From IMG/VR virus record IMGVR_UViG_3300021171_000004, positions 31,524 through 95,523 of that record: 64,000 nucleotides of DNA. The stretch is one strand, 5' to 3'. Of this stretch, positions 28,314 to 38,440 are shown one piece after another. Origin of the DNA: a virus. Position 1 is the stretch's first letter. Every line of letters starts with the position of its first letter. The notes under the pieces are model-generated. The model was given only the letters and a program-made list of their open reading frames with translations. It made no database searches and had not been told where the DNA came from. The translations under genes were made by a program, and so were the position numbers.

Positions 28314-28553
28314 ATGAACGGGGATGCACTGGAATTGATGAAAGAACTTGGCCGAATCCACGCCGATCTGAAACAAGACATCGGAGGCGTACGAACCGAT
28401 CTAGCGGGATTCAAAGGCAGTATCGAAGCCCGAGTTGGCGGTTTAGAAAAAGATGTCAAGGATGAGAAATTCTGGAACAACGTGAAAGCTGCGACTGGAC
28501 CATTCATGGTTTTGCTCCATGTCGGTGCTAAAAAAATCGGGATTAACATCTAG
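28314..28553 (+). CDS. Small coiled-coil plus C-terminal hydrophobic protein (holin-like?)
   Basis: RBS AAGGA; size and architecture. Confidence 0.4.
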   Translation: MNGDALELMKELGRIHADLKQDIGGVRTDLAGFKGSIEARVGGLEKDVKDEKFWNNVKAATGPFMVLLHVGAKKIGINI

Positions 28554-28555
28554 CC

Positions 28556-28942
28556 ATGCTCAAATCGCGCTCCGTAACTGAGAAGGACCGCACGAAATTA
28601 GAAGAGTGGATATCTGCCGATTCGGACCACTCCGAAAAATGTAAACCAGATTTTTGGATTGCGCACGAAGATGGTGTTCGGCAATTCGCAATTCAGGATG
28701 AGCACGGCGATATTTTTTTCGTCCGGGCCGAAAACGTGTTACGCCTCCATATCCAGTTCGCGCCAAATCAGCGGATTCGCACGGCCAAAGCGATTGACGA
28801 ATTCACTCCACTGATTGCGGCAGGAGCCAAAAAAGAGCGATACAAGCAACTAATTTTTGAATCCGTATTCAAACCTCTCATCAAATTTTTAGAAAAGCGC
28901 GGCTTTCATGCCAGCCCCGCAGAACAGGTCCACGATTTATGA
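28556..28942 (+). CDS. GNAT-like fold protein (paralog 1)
   Basis: 'LRLHIQF', 'IKFLEKRGF'; located before the ejection genes. Confidence 0.5.
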   Translation: MLKSRSVTEKDRTKLEEWISADSDHSEKCKPDFWIAHEDGVRQFAIQDEHGDIFFVRAENVLRLHIQFAPNQRIRTAKAIDEFTPLIAAGAKKERYKQLIFESVFKPLIKFLEKRGFHASPAEQVHDL

Positions 28943-29316
28943 TTTATGTCCGCAAAGTGAACAAAACCGATCCAGAAGGCCGAATCGCAGAAGAGTGGCT
29001 CGCGAACGACCCAGAACATCAAAAACTAGGTATCACGCCCGAACAAATCTGGGACGGAGAAGTCGCCCTTATTTATGACGAAGATGGACCAATTTACGCA
29101 ATTCGTTTCCAAAAAGCCCTGCGGGTCGCCGTGCAATTCAATCCCCGAACCAAACTCAGAAACGCGAGAGCAGGTAAGGAAGTTGCTGAGTGGCTCCAAG
29201 GTTTGGCAAGGAACTCCAATTGTTCTGAAGTCATTGTGCGGGCAGGCGGTCGAGCCGCGAAATTCGTAAAGCGTCTCGGATTTTCGGATTTTGTAGGACA
29301 GTACCTAAAGGCATAA
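28939..29316 (+). CDS. GNAT-like fold protein (paralog 2)
   Basis: 'LRVAVQF', 'AKFVKRLGF'. Confidence 0.5.
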   Translation: MIYVRKVNKTDPEGRIAEEWLANDPEHQKLGITPEQIWDGEVALIYDEDGPIYAIRFQKALRVAVQFNPRTKLRNARAGKEVAEWLQGLARNSNCSEVIVRAGGRAAKFVKRLGFSDFVGQYLKA

Positions 29317-29319
29317 AAT

Positions 29320-30009
29320 ATGTGCGGAGCGAGTTCCCAGCAGAAATCAGCATTTGCCAACGAACAAAAAGTTTCTAATCTTTTGACCGAAGGGTTGCAG
29401 CAAATTGCCGGAGATAACCAGCTTATTCTCGGAAATTTGGTTAAAGGGTTAACTCCGATCCAAACTGCGGGGCCCAGCCAATTCGGATTCGCACCCGCGG
29501 AAGAAGCCGCCTTGCGTACGGACACAGCCGAACAATTGAACCAAGCAAGCGCCCAAACTGCAAATGCTGTTCGCGGGGCGGTCGCGTCCCGGGGTGGTGG
29601 AACAACCTATCTGCCTAGCGGTTCGGAAGCCTCGATTATCGGTTCGCTTGCACAGGATACCGCGGTAAAAGAAGCCGAAGCCCAATCCGCAATTACGGCA
29701 AAAGGTTACGACATTGGCCGACAGAATTGGGAGTTCGCCACGCAGGAACTAGCTACTGCGCCAGGTGAGCTTGAAAATCCGATTACGAACGCAGGAAGTG
29801 CAGCGAGCGGTGCAGCTAGTTCTGAAATGCAAGGTGGAACCGCGATTACCGCTGCGAACCAAGCATGGGAGGGTCCAGTAGGGCAAATTATTGGTGGTGT
29901 GGCGGGCGGGGCTCTCAAGGGTGGAATTAACATTGGTGGAGGCGGGCCTGCAAATCTTCCGCTAAGTGATACCAGCGGTTCCACAAATCCAGGAACTGCG
30001 TACAGTTAA
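29320..30009 (+). CDS. Internal virion / ejection protein
   Basis: Starts 'MCG'; Ala/Gly/Gln-rich with a C-terminal Gly-rich hydrophobic segment. Confidence 0.6.
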   Translation: MCGASSQQKSAFANEQKVSNLLTEGLQQIAGDNQLILGNLVKGLTPIQTAGPSQFGFAPAEEAALRTDTAEQLNQASAQTANAVRGAVASRGGGTTYLPSGSEASIIGSLAQDTAVKEAEAQSAITAKGYDIGRQNWEFATQELATAPGELENPITNAGSAASGAASSEMQGGTAITAANQAWEGPVGQIIGGVAGGALKGGINIGGGGPANLPLSDTSGSTNPGTAYS

Positions 30010-30019
30010 GGCAAATGAC

Positions 30020-30430
30020 ATGATTCGATACGAGGGGTTAGTTTTGGCGCTTGGGAAAATGAACGGATGTTTCGATGACCCGGAATCGCACGCATTCAAA
30101 CTGCGTAATCCGCTTCTTCTCAAAACTTACCGTCCGGAAAAGAAATGTGATTCAGACCACTACAGAATTTTTTCAAGTGTGATGGGCGGGTTTAAAGCCG
30201 GAATCGCAGACATGGTTGCAAAATGTTCGGGTAAAAATAACCGTCTGAGTGCAGAAAACGTACTCAAGGATTTGCTGTCCATATATGGATTCAACCACGA
30301 AGTTTCTACGCGCAAAATCGTACTTTTTCTCAGACGCGCACTCGACGACGAAGAGATTTCGCTAAACACAAAACTCACTTATTTTCAGGAATCGCCCGTA
30401 GAGGAACCAAACGATGGCAACCGACCCTAA
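30020..30430 (+). CDS. Hypothetical protein (possibly degenerate lysozyme-like)
   Basis: 'RNPLLLK..YRIFSSVMGGFKA' loosely resembles phage virion muramidase-like proteins. Confidence 0.45.
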   Translation: MIRYEGLVLALGKMNGCFDDPESHAFKLRNPLLLKTYRPEKKCDSDHYRIFSSVMGGFKAGIADMVAKCSGKNNRLSAENVLKDLLSIYGFNHEVSTRKIVLFLRRALDDEEISLNTKLTYFQESPVEEPNDGNRP

Positions 30431-32555
30431 CGCCGTAACCGCAACGAGTCCGAATATGGACCAAACTCAGATTCCGGCGAGTACGCAACTCCAGCCTCCC
30501 GCTCCGGGTCCGACCGCTCCAGCATCTATTCCCGCGCAAGCGGCAACCCCACCGTCTCCCGGAAGTTCTTTCCGGCACCTAGCCCCGGCTATGATTGGTT
30601 CGATTCTGGGCTCGCTCGCAGGCACGCCAACTCCGAGTTATTCCGTGGACGAATCCGGAAAAATGGTAGCCACGCCTGCGGCTCCGCTCACAACTACCCA
30701 AAAAATAAAAGCCATCGCCGCGAACGCACTCATCGGACTGTCCGCTCCGGCTCCCGAAAAAGAAAAAAGCGGACTCGCGAACGCTCTCGCAGGCGTGGGT
30801 GCGGGTGCCAAAGCCGTTCAGGAAAAAAATCTGCAACAGGATACCCTAAAGCGTGCGCAAGCGCAGGAAAATTTCGAGACGCAACAGCAAACTACGCTGC
30901 GAAAATATCAGGTTGCGCACCAAAACGCCCTCACGATGTCCACTTATTTCGCGAACAAAAAACTCGCGAACGAAATGGACCCCCATTACAAACAGAACGA
31001 GAGTCTTTTCAACGCAGTTCAGGCTTCGCCGGAATTGGGTGCCCACGCACACGAACTTTCCGATTCACAAGTTGAACAAGAAGTGAAAAAAGACCCCACT
31101 TTTTGGGCTACGCACATAATCAAGCCTCTCGGATGGGCTCCGGAAACCGACGCGAACGGACAGCAGGTTATGGTGGACGGCCAGCCGAAATTCTACATGC
31201 GAATGGCTGTGATTGACGGTACGCAAGATGGAAAAATCAAGGTTACTCCGGAAATGGCCGAGGATTTCCAGAAATACGGACCAATGGCGCGAATCCCGAA
31301 CGCGGATTCCATCAAAGCCGGAGACGAGTACGAACTCACCTCTCTTTTACCTGCGATGAATCGCGTGGAAGAACAGCGAAAAGCGGTTTTGGATGGGTGG
31401 GCTAAGGCAGAATTGGGGTGGTCAACCGACCCGAAAGATCCGACGAAGGAAAATCCTGTTTTGATTAATCGCGTTTTGCCGCCCGGGTCGCCAGATGCGG
31501 TGAAGCCATTGGGTCCTGTGACTCCGCTCCCGCTAAAACAAGAAGAAGGAAAAACCGAACTCCAGAAGGCGCAGGCTGCGGAAGCGGATGCCAAAGCGAA
31601 AGAGGCGCTCGCGAACGCCGCGTTGATTTCGGGAAATATCGGAAACGGCGGGCAAGCTGCGATTCCAGCCTATCTGGATGCCATCGGAAAACTGCCCGAG
31701 TCCTCTCAAGCTATTTTGCGAAATGTGCCTCCGATGCAGCAAGCGGCTCTTTTAAAAGTCGCGAACGGGGATGCTGACATAAATAAGATTTTTCCTACCC
31801 GCACTACGAAGGGTTCAGGACAGTTAGACGCGGCCCATGCTGCTACTCTCACATCCCTGCTTAACCCGCGGTGGACGGAAGGATTGTATAACACGAAACA
31901 ATCCGCTCAAAAGTCTTTCGCAGACGGGGAAGACGGAAAAGCCATCGCTTCGTTCGGTCAATTTCTTGTCCACGCAGATGACGTGAGGATGGGTTCGGAC
32001 AGATTGCAGCGCACGAATAGCCCATGGTTCAACGAACCCATTAATACAATAAAATCCAAAGGCATGGGCAACCCCGGCGTTCCCGGACTTATGGCCGATA
32101 TTTTTGCTGCCCGTAGTGAATGGCAGAATTTCATCAAAAACGGGCACGCTTCGGACCTAGCAGACAGCGAGCAAGGCCGACAAATTATGAGTGATTCCTC
32201 CTCCCCTGCGCAAATTATGCGGGCGCTTCAGGAAATGGGAAAACAAGCGGTCGGGCGTCTCGACCAAATCGACGGAAAATGGCGCAGAACGTGGGGTGGA
32301 CATTATCCCGGACTCATCACGGATTCCGCTCGAACCGCTGCGAACAATCTTGGTTTGGGGGATTATATCAAACAATACCCGTCCGAAAGTGGGGCTATGT
32401 TTGGAGTTCAGCCCAACAGCGAACAAATCCAATCTCCAGATAATCCCGCCCAGCGTCCTGCGGGTGCAACAGGCATTGCTCCGGGCAGCGATGGAAAAAT
32501 GTATTACCACGATATCCAAGGAAATATTCTGGGTCCCGCCCCGAACCTACCATAA
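30414..32555 (+). CDS. Internal virion / ejection protein
   Basis: 713 aa, Ala/Gln-rich and helical; position. Confidence 0.6.
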   Translation: MATDPNAVTATSPNMDQTQIPASTQLQPPAPGPTAPASIPAQAATPPSPGSSFRHLAPAMIGSILGSLAGTPTPSYSVDESGKMVATPAAPLTTTQKIKAIAANALIGLSAPAPEKEKSGLANALAGVGAGAKAVQEKNLQQDTLKRAQAQENFETQQQTTLRKYQVAHQNALTMSTYFANKKLANEMDPHYKQNESLFNAVQASPELGAHAHELSDSQVEQEVKKDPTFWATHIIKPLGWAPETDANGQQVMVDGQPKFYMRMAVIDGTQDGKIKVTPEMAEDFQKYGPMARIPNADSIKAGDEYELTSLLPAMNRVEEQRKAVLDGWAKAELGWSTDPKDPTKENPVLINRVLPPGSPDAVKPLGPVTPLPLKQEEGKTELQKAQAAEADAKAKEALANAALISGNIGNGGQAAIPAYLDAIGKLPESSQAILRNVPPMQQAALLKVANGDADINKIFPTRTTKGSGQLDAAHAATLTSLLNPRWTEGLYNTKQSAQKSFADGEDGKAIASFGQFLVHADDVRMGSDRLQRTNSPWFNEPINTIKSKGMGNPGVPGLMADIFAARSEWQNFIKNGHASDLADSEQGRQIMSDSSSPAQIMRALQEMGKQAVGRLDQIDGKWRRTWGGHYPGLITDSARTAANNLGLGDYIKQYPSESGAMFGVQPNSEQIQSPDNPAQRPAGATGIAPGSDGKMYYHDIQGNILGPAPNLP

Positions 32556-32558
32556 AAT

Positions 32559-34334
32559 ATGGCCGATCCGAACGATACACCTCAAGCGCAGGATTACTCC
32601 GGCGTACAACTCGATATGTCAAAATCCCAGCCATTGTCTGCGGCTCCTGCGGGCGTAACTTTGGATTTGAGTAAATCAAAACCGCTTCCAGATACAAACC
32701 CTGCGGCTCAGCCCGGCGCGATTCAAACCCGAAAAGGCGGGCCTGTTCAGAATGTGAACACGATGCCACCACCGACCCGGGAAGACCAAGTGAATCAGGC
32801 CCAATCCGCAATCAGTTCCGCTTCTTCCTTGCCCGGACAAAGCATCGTGGCGGGAGTGGCAAAAGGTGCGTACCAAACAGGAATCGGTGCGAACCAGCTT
32901 CTCGCGAAAGCGGAACACGCAGTTGGAATTCCTCTCACGGAGGAACAGGAAAGACTTCGCCAAGGCGATGTTTCTCCTTTTACGGAGGCTATGTCTAAAG
33001 GTGCCAACGTAGGTGAAAAAGCAGGTGAAGCAGGCGAAGAACTCGCAGAATGGGCTGCGGGCGACGAGGCTCTAAAAGGTGCGGTAAAAAGCCTCGGCTT
33101 AGTTCAGAAAATTGCCCAACACGCTCCGCATCTAATTGAACTCGCAGAAGACTATCCGAAGGCTACGAAATTTTTAGCTTCTCTTGTAAAAGGCGGCACA
33201 GTTGGTGGTGCCGAAGGCGCGGTAAAAACAGGGTCTGCCGAAGGCGCGAAAGAAGGCGCGGAGGGTGGTGCAATCGGCGGTGTTGCCGGAGAAATAGTCG
33301 GTCCTGTGGTGAAAAAAGTAGCCAAAGCCGTTGGTTTAGGAAACACAGCCGAAGAAGAAATTATGAAGGCTGCCCAACCGTACAAAAAGAATTTCAAATT
33401 TATCGAGGATTGGGGCAAAGCCAAGGACCGAATTGTTCAAGAGGTCGAAGAGAACGGTAAGTTCAAAGATATGGGCGAGGCTGCCGACCGAATCGGAGAC
33501 GTGCGCCGCAAAATCTGGACAGATGAAGTGATGCCCGCAATCGACCGCCATGCTACGGAAACTTTCGATACCACGAAAGCCGCCGATGCGGTTCGTGCAA
33601 AAATCACGCCTGCGCTGCAAAAGAATTTTCCCGAAGATGCAAAAGTTCTTCAGCAAGTAGCCGACCGATACACCAGTGGAAGTCCGCTTTTTACGGGCGA
33701 AAAAACTGTCGGGGATGTAGAAAAAGAAATCGAACTCTACAACGCCAAACTTTCGGACAAAGGGTATTGGAAAAAAACGCCTAAAGAACGGGCAATGATG
33801 GAAAAAGCTGATCCCCAAATTTCTGCGTGGCGAACTCTTTCCGATGAACTTCGGAGTTCACTTTATGAACATCTCGAAAAAAATCCTTTGCCGGGCGATC
33901 CTTCAAATATTAAGGAACTCAAGGATACGTACGGGGCCATCGGAAATGTCGAGAACGAAATCCGCGGACAAGTTAATGTGGCGGGCCGGGCCAGAAATCT
34001 TAGCCTAAAACAGATTATCGGTTTGACCGCGGGCTTCGCGCATGGGGGCCCGGGCGGAATTGCAATCGCGGCATTGCCGATTATCGACAAACTTTACAAC
34101 GAACCAACCGCTATGCTCAATCGAGCGGTTTCTAAAGCCGCTCCTGCGGGCCCCGTGAAAAAAGCTGCCCAAGCTGTAGCGGGCGCAGCCAGCAAAGCCC
34201 TAGAAAATGCTCCGGCAGCCGCGGGTTCCGCAATCGTGCGCGTACGAACCAGTGACGGGACTACACGGGAAATAAATTCCGACCAGTTGCCGGAAGCCCA
34301 GAAAATTGATCCGGGATTGAAAGTAGTGCCGTAA
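32559..34334 (+). CDS. Internal virion / ejection protein
   Basis: 591 aa with GxxxG-rich segments; position. Confidence 0.6.
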   Translation: MADPNDTPQAQDYSGVQLDMSKSQPLSAAPAGVTLDLSKSKPLPDTNPAAQPGAIQTRKGGPVQNVNTMPPPTREDQVNQAQSAISSASSLPGQSIVAGVAKGAYQTGIGANQLLAKAEHAVGIPLTEEQERLRQGDVSPFTEAMSKGANVGEKAGEAGEELAEWAAGDEALKGAVKSLGLVQKIAQHAPHLIELAEDYPKATKFLASLVKGGTVGGAEGAVKTGSAEGAKEGAEGGAIGGVAGEIVGPVVKKVAKAVGLGNTAEEEIMKAAQPYKKNFKFIEDWGKAKDRIVQEVEENGKFKDMGEAADRIGDVRRKIWTDEVMPAIDRHATETFDTTKAADAVRAKITPALQKNFPEDAKVLQQVADRYTSGSPLFTGEKTVGDVEKEIELYNAKLSDKGYWKKTPKERAMMEKADPQISAWRTLSDELRSSLYEHLEKNPLPGDPSNIKELKDTYGAIGNVENEIRGQVNVAGRARNLSLKQIIGLTAGFAHGGPGGIAIAALPIIDKLYNEPTAMLNRAVSKAAPAGPVKKAAQAVAGAASKALENAPAAAGSAIVRVRTSDGTTREINSDQLPEAQKIDPGLKVVP

Positions 34335-35555
34335 ATGGCCGACGAATCCGTAATCCAAACAGTTGCCCGAAATATTACTCCTGCTCCAGACACTTCGAAT
34401 GCTGCGAAAGGCCCCGGGCACGAAATGGATCCGGATTCGCCGCAATCTCAGGGTGTTCAGCAATATAACGAAAAATTCGGTTCACCGCTCGAACAAGCCT
34501 ACGGACATGCGAAACAATTTCTGGACACCCATGCGCAGCACTTATCTGAAAACGTGCTCAAACCTTTTAGGGAGGGCCTCGACCGGATGGCCGAAGATTT
34601 GCAAAATGCTGCGGAATCCGGACGTACAAAATCAGGCGGGGCTCTAAATCCCGTCACTCGCGCACTCGCGGGCGGAACAGGTGAACTTTTAAAAGCCGTT
34701 CCGGTCGGTAAGGACGTAAAATCTACCGCGGAAGCCGCAATTATGCCCCCCGCTATGAGTTTGGAGGAGCGAGAAGCCCTTACCGCAGAGCAAGAACTCG
34801 CCTTCAGCAAACTAGGGGGCCACAAAGTAGTGGAAGCCCCGCCAGAATTTGCTTATCGCGCCCGTCCAGTTGGACAGAAAGGCGTCTCTGCGGGGGATCG
34901 GCCAGTCGCCACAAGTTCTCTTGACAAAGCCAATACGTACAAAGAGAATTTAGAGAACATGACCGGGCAGCCGCACGAAGTTGTTCACATTCCGCTCAAA
35001 GGCACGAGCCATACAATTCATTCCGGCCCGAACGAAGGCGAAAAGTGGTACAGTTTCAAAAAAGATGTGCCCGAAGAAAATGTGAAGGCTCCGAAATCCA
35101 AGGAAGGCGGATCCGGAGGTGGCGAACCTCCGAGCACGCCTAAAAAACCATCCGCTCCGGAAGAAAAACCATCTCCAAAAGATGTGATTGAAGGCGCGGG
35201 TTTAAAATATAAAGGTGAACTTTCCAAAGGTTCCGGCGTTCACATGTTCGAGCATCCGGATCATCCCGGAAAAACCGCGGCATTAAATGAGGACCAAGTT
35301 ACACCGAAAAATGTCAAGGAAAAAATGACGAGCAAGCTCAAGGAATTTGGTGTCAAACCGATAAAATTCGGGGATTCCGAACTCGTCAAAAAAACGGATG
35401 CAGCTAAGGGTTTGAAAGAACCGAAAAATGAGAGTCGAATCGTAGTGGAAGGCGTGGACGACAAAAAGCCGGAAGGAAAATATTCGGACAAGATAAAAAT
35501 CGATCCGTTTTCACCTAATTACCGACCGAACAAAAAATCTATCAAAACCGCTTGA
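34335..35555 (+). CDS. Putative internal virion protein with Lys/Glu-rich C-terminus
   Basis: Adjacent to the previous gene; 406 aa. Confidence 0.55.
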   Translation: MADESVIQTVARNITPAPDTSNAAKGPGHEMDPDSPQSQGVQQYNEKFGSPLEQAYGHAKQFLDTHAQHLSENVLKPFREGLDRMAEDLQNAAESGRTKSGGALNPVTRALAGGTGELLKAVPVGKDVKSTAEAAIMPPAMSLEEREALTAEQELAFSKLGGHKVVEAPPEFAYRARPVGQKGVSAGDRPVATSSLDKANTYKENLENMTGQPHEVVHIPLKGTSHTIHSGPNEGEKWYSFKKDVPEENVKAPKSKEGGSGGGEPPSTPKKPSAPEEKPSPKDVIEGAGLKYKGELSKGSGVHMFEHPDHPGKTAALNEDQVTPKNVKEKMTSKLKEFGVKPIKFGDSELVKKTDAAKGLKEPKNESRIVVEGVDDKKPEGKYSDKIKIDPFSPNYRPNKKSIKTA

Positions 35556-35580
35556 CCTTTCCCAGCAACTATGATACCAT
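35552..35580 (+). promoter_or_regulatory. sigma70-like promoter (leaderless)
   Basis: TTGACC-N17-TACCAT with ATG 7 nt downstream. Confidence 0.6.
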
Positions 35581-35587
35581 ATTTTGA

Positions 35588-35779
35588 ATGAGAAGTGATG
35601 TTCGCGGGGCCCTCTACATCGGAGCGATTATGGTTTTTGGAATTTTGTGCGAACTAGCCTATGAAAAATGGTATACGAACCCACCTCCTGCAATTCAGTG
35701 GCCAAAACCACCGCACGAACGAAAAAGATATTGTAGCCCGTACCCGCCAGATGAGGATTGTTTAATGGTGAATATTTGA
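35588..35779 (+). CDS. Small membrane protein
   Basis: N-terminal TM helix. Confidence 0.55.
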   Translation: MRSDVRGALYIGAIMVFGILCELAYEKWYTNPPPAIQWPKPPHERKRYCSPYPPDEDCLMVNI

Positions 35780-36222
35780 AACGCAAACAACCAGAGGAAA
35801 ATAAATTTCATGTAGGGAATGGCGCAGACGGAAAGCACTATTGGATTACGCCTCCAGAATTGTACGAACGGCTCAATTCACAATATGAATTCGATTTTGA
35901 TCCGTGTCCGCATCCGAAACCAGAAGAATTCGATGGACTCACCGAAGAGTGGGGCCAGTCAAATTATGTGAATCCACCATTCGGATCAATTCTCCACCAA
36001 GGAAAGAAAAAAGGTCCAACAGCGTGGGCGAGAAAAGCAATCGCAGAAAACAAAAAAGGAAAGCGAGTTGTTTTGGTCTATCCAATCGATAAATGGGTTC
36101 TCATGCTTTTAGCCGCAGGCGCAAAGGTTTCAAATTTAGGAGATGTCCGCTGGCTCGCCACTGAGGACGGAACCGCAGGGAAAGGAACAGGCCGACATAT
36201 TGCCTGTTTTGTGCTCGAATGA
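35776..36222 (+). CDS. Phage DNA N6-adenine methyltransferase (Dam-like)
   Basis: 'WITPPELY', 'FDFDPC', 'YVNPPF'. Confidence 0.75.
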   Translation: MKRKQPEENKFHVGNGADGKHYWITPPELYERLNSQYEFDFDPCPHPKPEEFDGLTEEWGQSNYVNPPFGSILHQGKKKGPTAWARKAIAENKKGKRVVLVYPIDKWVLMLLAAGAKVSNLGDVRWLATEDGTAGKGTGRHIACFVLE

Positions 36223-36668
36223 CGGGCAGCGATTTCATTAAAGCGGAAATGGTTCGGCTAGCTTATCTGGACGCCTTCTCGGAAGGGCTCGATGGAATGC
36301 GGGCCGTTTGCCATACCCTCAAACACAGAAATGACGCAGGTTGGTGGGGCGGCAACTGGACGGATTTACTTTCGAACCACAGAATGTACTCAGCCCGAAT
36401 CGAACCGTACCCAGACACCTTGCCCGATCCAAGAATTTATTCGGTGCAATGCCTGCTCCAAGAAATCGACGGGATTTTTTCGGGCGCACAAAAAGACGAC
36501 GTGACAGTTCCAGCGAATCCGAGTTTTCAGGCGAACGTGTACAAACCCGCGCTTTGGTACGCGAGACTCGACCAAATAACCTCAGAAACCTTCTTAAATA
36601 ATATTTCGCGCAAACCCGAGTTACACCCGCGGATTGCGCAGGTAGGGCAGATGTTCTTTTTCGCATGA
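36219..36668 (+). CDS. SleB/Hydrolase_2-like cell wall hydrolase (divergent)
   Basis: 'LAYLDAFSEGLDGMRAV..TLKHR..GWWG', 'ALWYA', 'QVGQMFFF'. Confidence 0.6.
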   Translation: MTGSDFIKAEMVRLAYLDAFSEGLDGMRAVCHTLKHRNDAGWWGGNWTDLLSNHRMYSARIEPYPDTLPDPRIYSVQCLLQEIDGIFSGAQKDDVTVPANPSFQANVYKPALWYARLDQITSETFLNNISRKPELHPRIAQVGQMFFFA

Positions 36669-37147
36669 CCACTTCTAATTCCTACCTCCTTCAAGAATAC
36701 GGAATCACTCTGGCCGAACGTCAAGCCATCGTGGACGAACAAGGTGGAAAATGCGCCGCGTGCGGACGGGTATTCGATGGGACTGTTCGGATGGAAGTGG
36801 ACCACGATCATAAGATTGCCCGAACGAAACTAATCATCGAGCGGCTTCGGGATTGGAATTGGGCGGCATTTTTGAACGAGACCGACGCCAGTTGCATCGC
36901 GATTGGTTCAACCCGAAAAGAGGCCCGAAAAAAAGGCCAGCGTGAACTGTTACGCCGATCTGTGCGAGGTGTGCTCTGTGGTGGCAGGTACGCCGGATGC
37001 AACCGAAAAATCGGGCGCATCGACAAGATTCCATGGCTTCAAGCGGTAACGCAATACTTGCAGAATCCCCCTGCAAGAAAAGTTTTAAGGATACCCAATG
37101 AAGAAACTAATCGCAGTCCTACTCCTAGTTCTGATTCTGCTGCCTAA
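36665..37147 (+). CDS. Endonuclease VII-like protein
   Basis: 'YGITL..QGGKCAACG..VDHDH..VRGVLC..CN'. Confidence 0.8.
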   Translation: MTTSNSYLLQEYGITLAERQAIVDEQGGKCAACGRVFDGTVRMEVDHDHKIARTKLIIERLRDWNWAAFLNETDASCIAIGSTRKEARKKGQRELLRRSVRGVLCGGRYAGCNRKIGRIDKIPWLQAVTQYLQNPPARKVLRIPNEETNRSPTPSSDSAA

Positions 37148-37871
37148 TTCTGTTCGGTCGGCGGAAACCCGTCCGCAGTTTGTTCAGAAAGTGTATGCTT
37201 CGGTCGCGCTTCTTTATAAACAAACCGAAGACGGTGGAATGAAAATGACCTGCACGGCCACTGCGTACAAGAAATTAGACAAAGATGCGGGCTACCGATT
37301 TGTGAGTGCATCTCACTGCGTTTCCGGGGAAACGGACCAAGAGCAGAAAGCCTCGAAGTATTTCATCACTTTCGACACTACGGGTGAGAAAACTTTTATT
37401 CCGGCTTCGCTCGTGATGGCTGGAGACCGAAAAGTAGGTGATGATTTCTCTATTTTTGAGGTGAAAACCGCTGCTAAATTGGAAACCGTGCCTCTAGGGG
37501 ACAGTGATAAACTTACAATTGGGGACGCAGTAGTGAACGTGGCTTCTCCGCTCGGCCTCGGTAAACAATTTTTTCAAGGGTATATTTCCGATACCGTGGT
37601 GGATAGACCCCCCCTGGATGCGGGCGATGTACAATGGAAAGACGTAATTTTGGTCGCGATTGGCGGCGGGCCGGGTAGCAGCGGATCCTCAATTGTTTCG
37701 GAGGACCAACGGGCGATTATAGGATTTCTAGTCGGCAGTTTCGGAGAAGGCTCGAATATCGGCCATATTGTCGTGCCCGTTTCGAAGTTCAAGAAATTTG
37801 AAACGGCTGTAGATAACCATACCTACAAGAAAACCCCTCCGAAATCGGAAAGTCTTAAATCGCTGTTTTAG
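37098..37871 (+). CDS. Secreted trypsin-like serine protease
   Basis: Signal peptide; catalytic triad motifs 'SASHC', 'DFSIF', 'PGSSGS'. Confidence 0.8.
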   Translation: MKKLIAVLLLVLILLPNSVRSAETRPQFVQKVYASVALLYKQTEDGGMKMTCTATAYKKLDKDAGYRFVSASHCVSGETDQEQKASKYFITFDTTGEKTFIPASLVMAGDRKVGDDFSIFEVKTAAKLETVPLGDSDKLTIGDAVVNVASPLGLGKQFFQGYISDTVVDRPPLDAGDVQWKDVILVAIGGGPGSSGSSIVSEDQRAIIGFLVGSFGEGSNIGHIVVPVSKFKKFETAVDNHTYKKTPPKSESLKSLF

Positions 37872-37900
37872 TTGACTTTTCAGCTAATCTGTGTTACCGT
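37872..37900 (+). promoter_or_regulatory. sigma70-like promoter
   Basis: TTGACT-N17-TACCGT with extended -10 TG. Confidence 0.45.
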
Positions 37901-37916
37901 GTTTGTCGGAGGATAG

Positions 37917-38228
37917 ATGGGACAACTGATTCTGGCGGCAGTAGCAGGCGGGTTGATTCTTCTGTTCATTGCAACGACTCTGATTTATCGCGGTCTAGTG
38001 AAAGGCGCGGAAGCCGAACGGGACGAAGCCGTGACTTTGGCGGCGCAAGCCATGGAAGCAAAAACCGCCGCGGAAGAGGGTTTCGCACAAATCAAGAAAG
38101 TGTTCGAGGAGCGGATGAAACTGCCCATTCAAGCAATTATGACCGATGAACAGGTAGATAACATCGCAAAATATCTTGCCAGCCGTTTGCTGACTGCAAA
38201 TCAAATCACTTCCATCAAGGCATCATGA
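37917..38228 (+). CDS. Membrane-anchored coiled-coil protein
   Basis: RBS GGAGG; N-terminal TM. Confidence 0.6.
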   Translation: MGQLILAAVAGGLILLFIATTLIYRGLVKGAEAERDEAVTLAAQAMEAKTAAEEGFAQIKKVFEERMKLPIQAIMTDEQVDNIAKYLASRLLTANQITSIKAS

Positions 38229-38440
38229 CAGACTTCGAAAAATTTGCTACGGACCATACCGTTCATAATCACTGTTCTGGATGCGGGGGTTGTATGCTCG
38301 ATCCGCGAACTAAACCACAATTAGTGAGCCAAGTTTGGTGTGTCGCGTGTTTCAGAAATATTGACGCGAAACTGCCCGCCACCGCCTCTCGTCCTTGGCG
38401 TGGAGGAGTGGTATTTGATGGGGAATTAAGGTCCGCATGA
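38225..38440 (+). CDS. Small zinc-finger protein
   Basis: CxxC...CxxC; coupled. Confidence 0.55.
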   Translation: MTDFEKFATDHTVHNHCSGCGGCMLDPRTKPQLVSQVWCVACFRNIDAKLPATASRPWRGGVVFDGELRSA

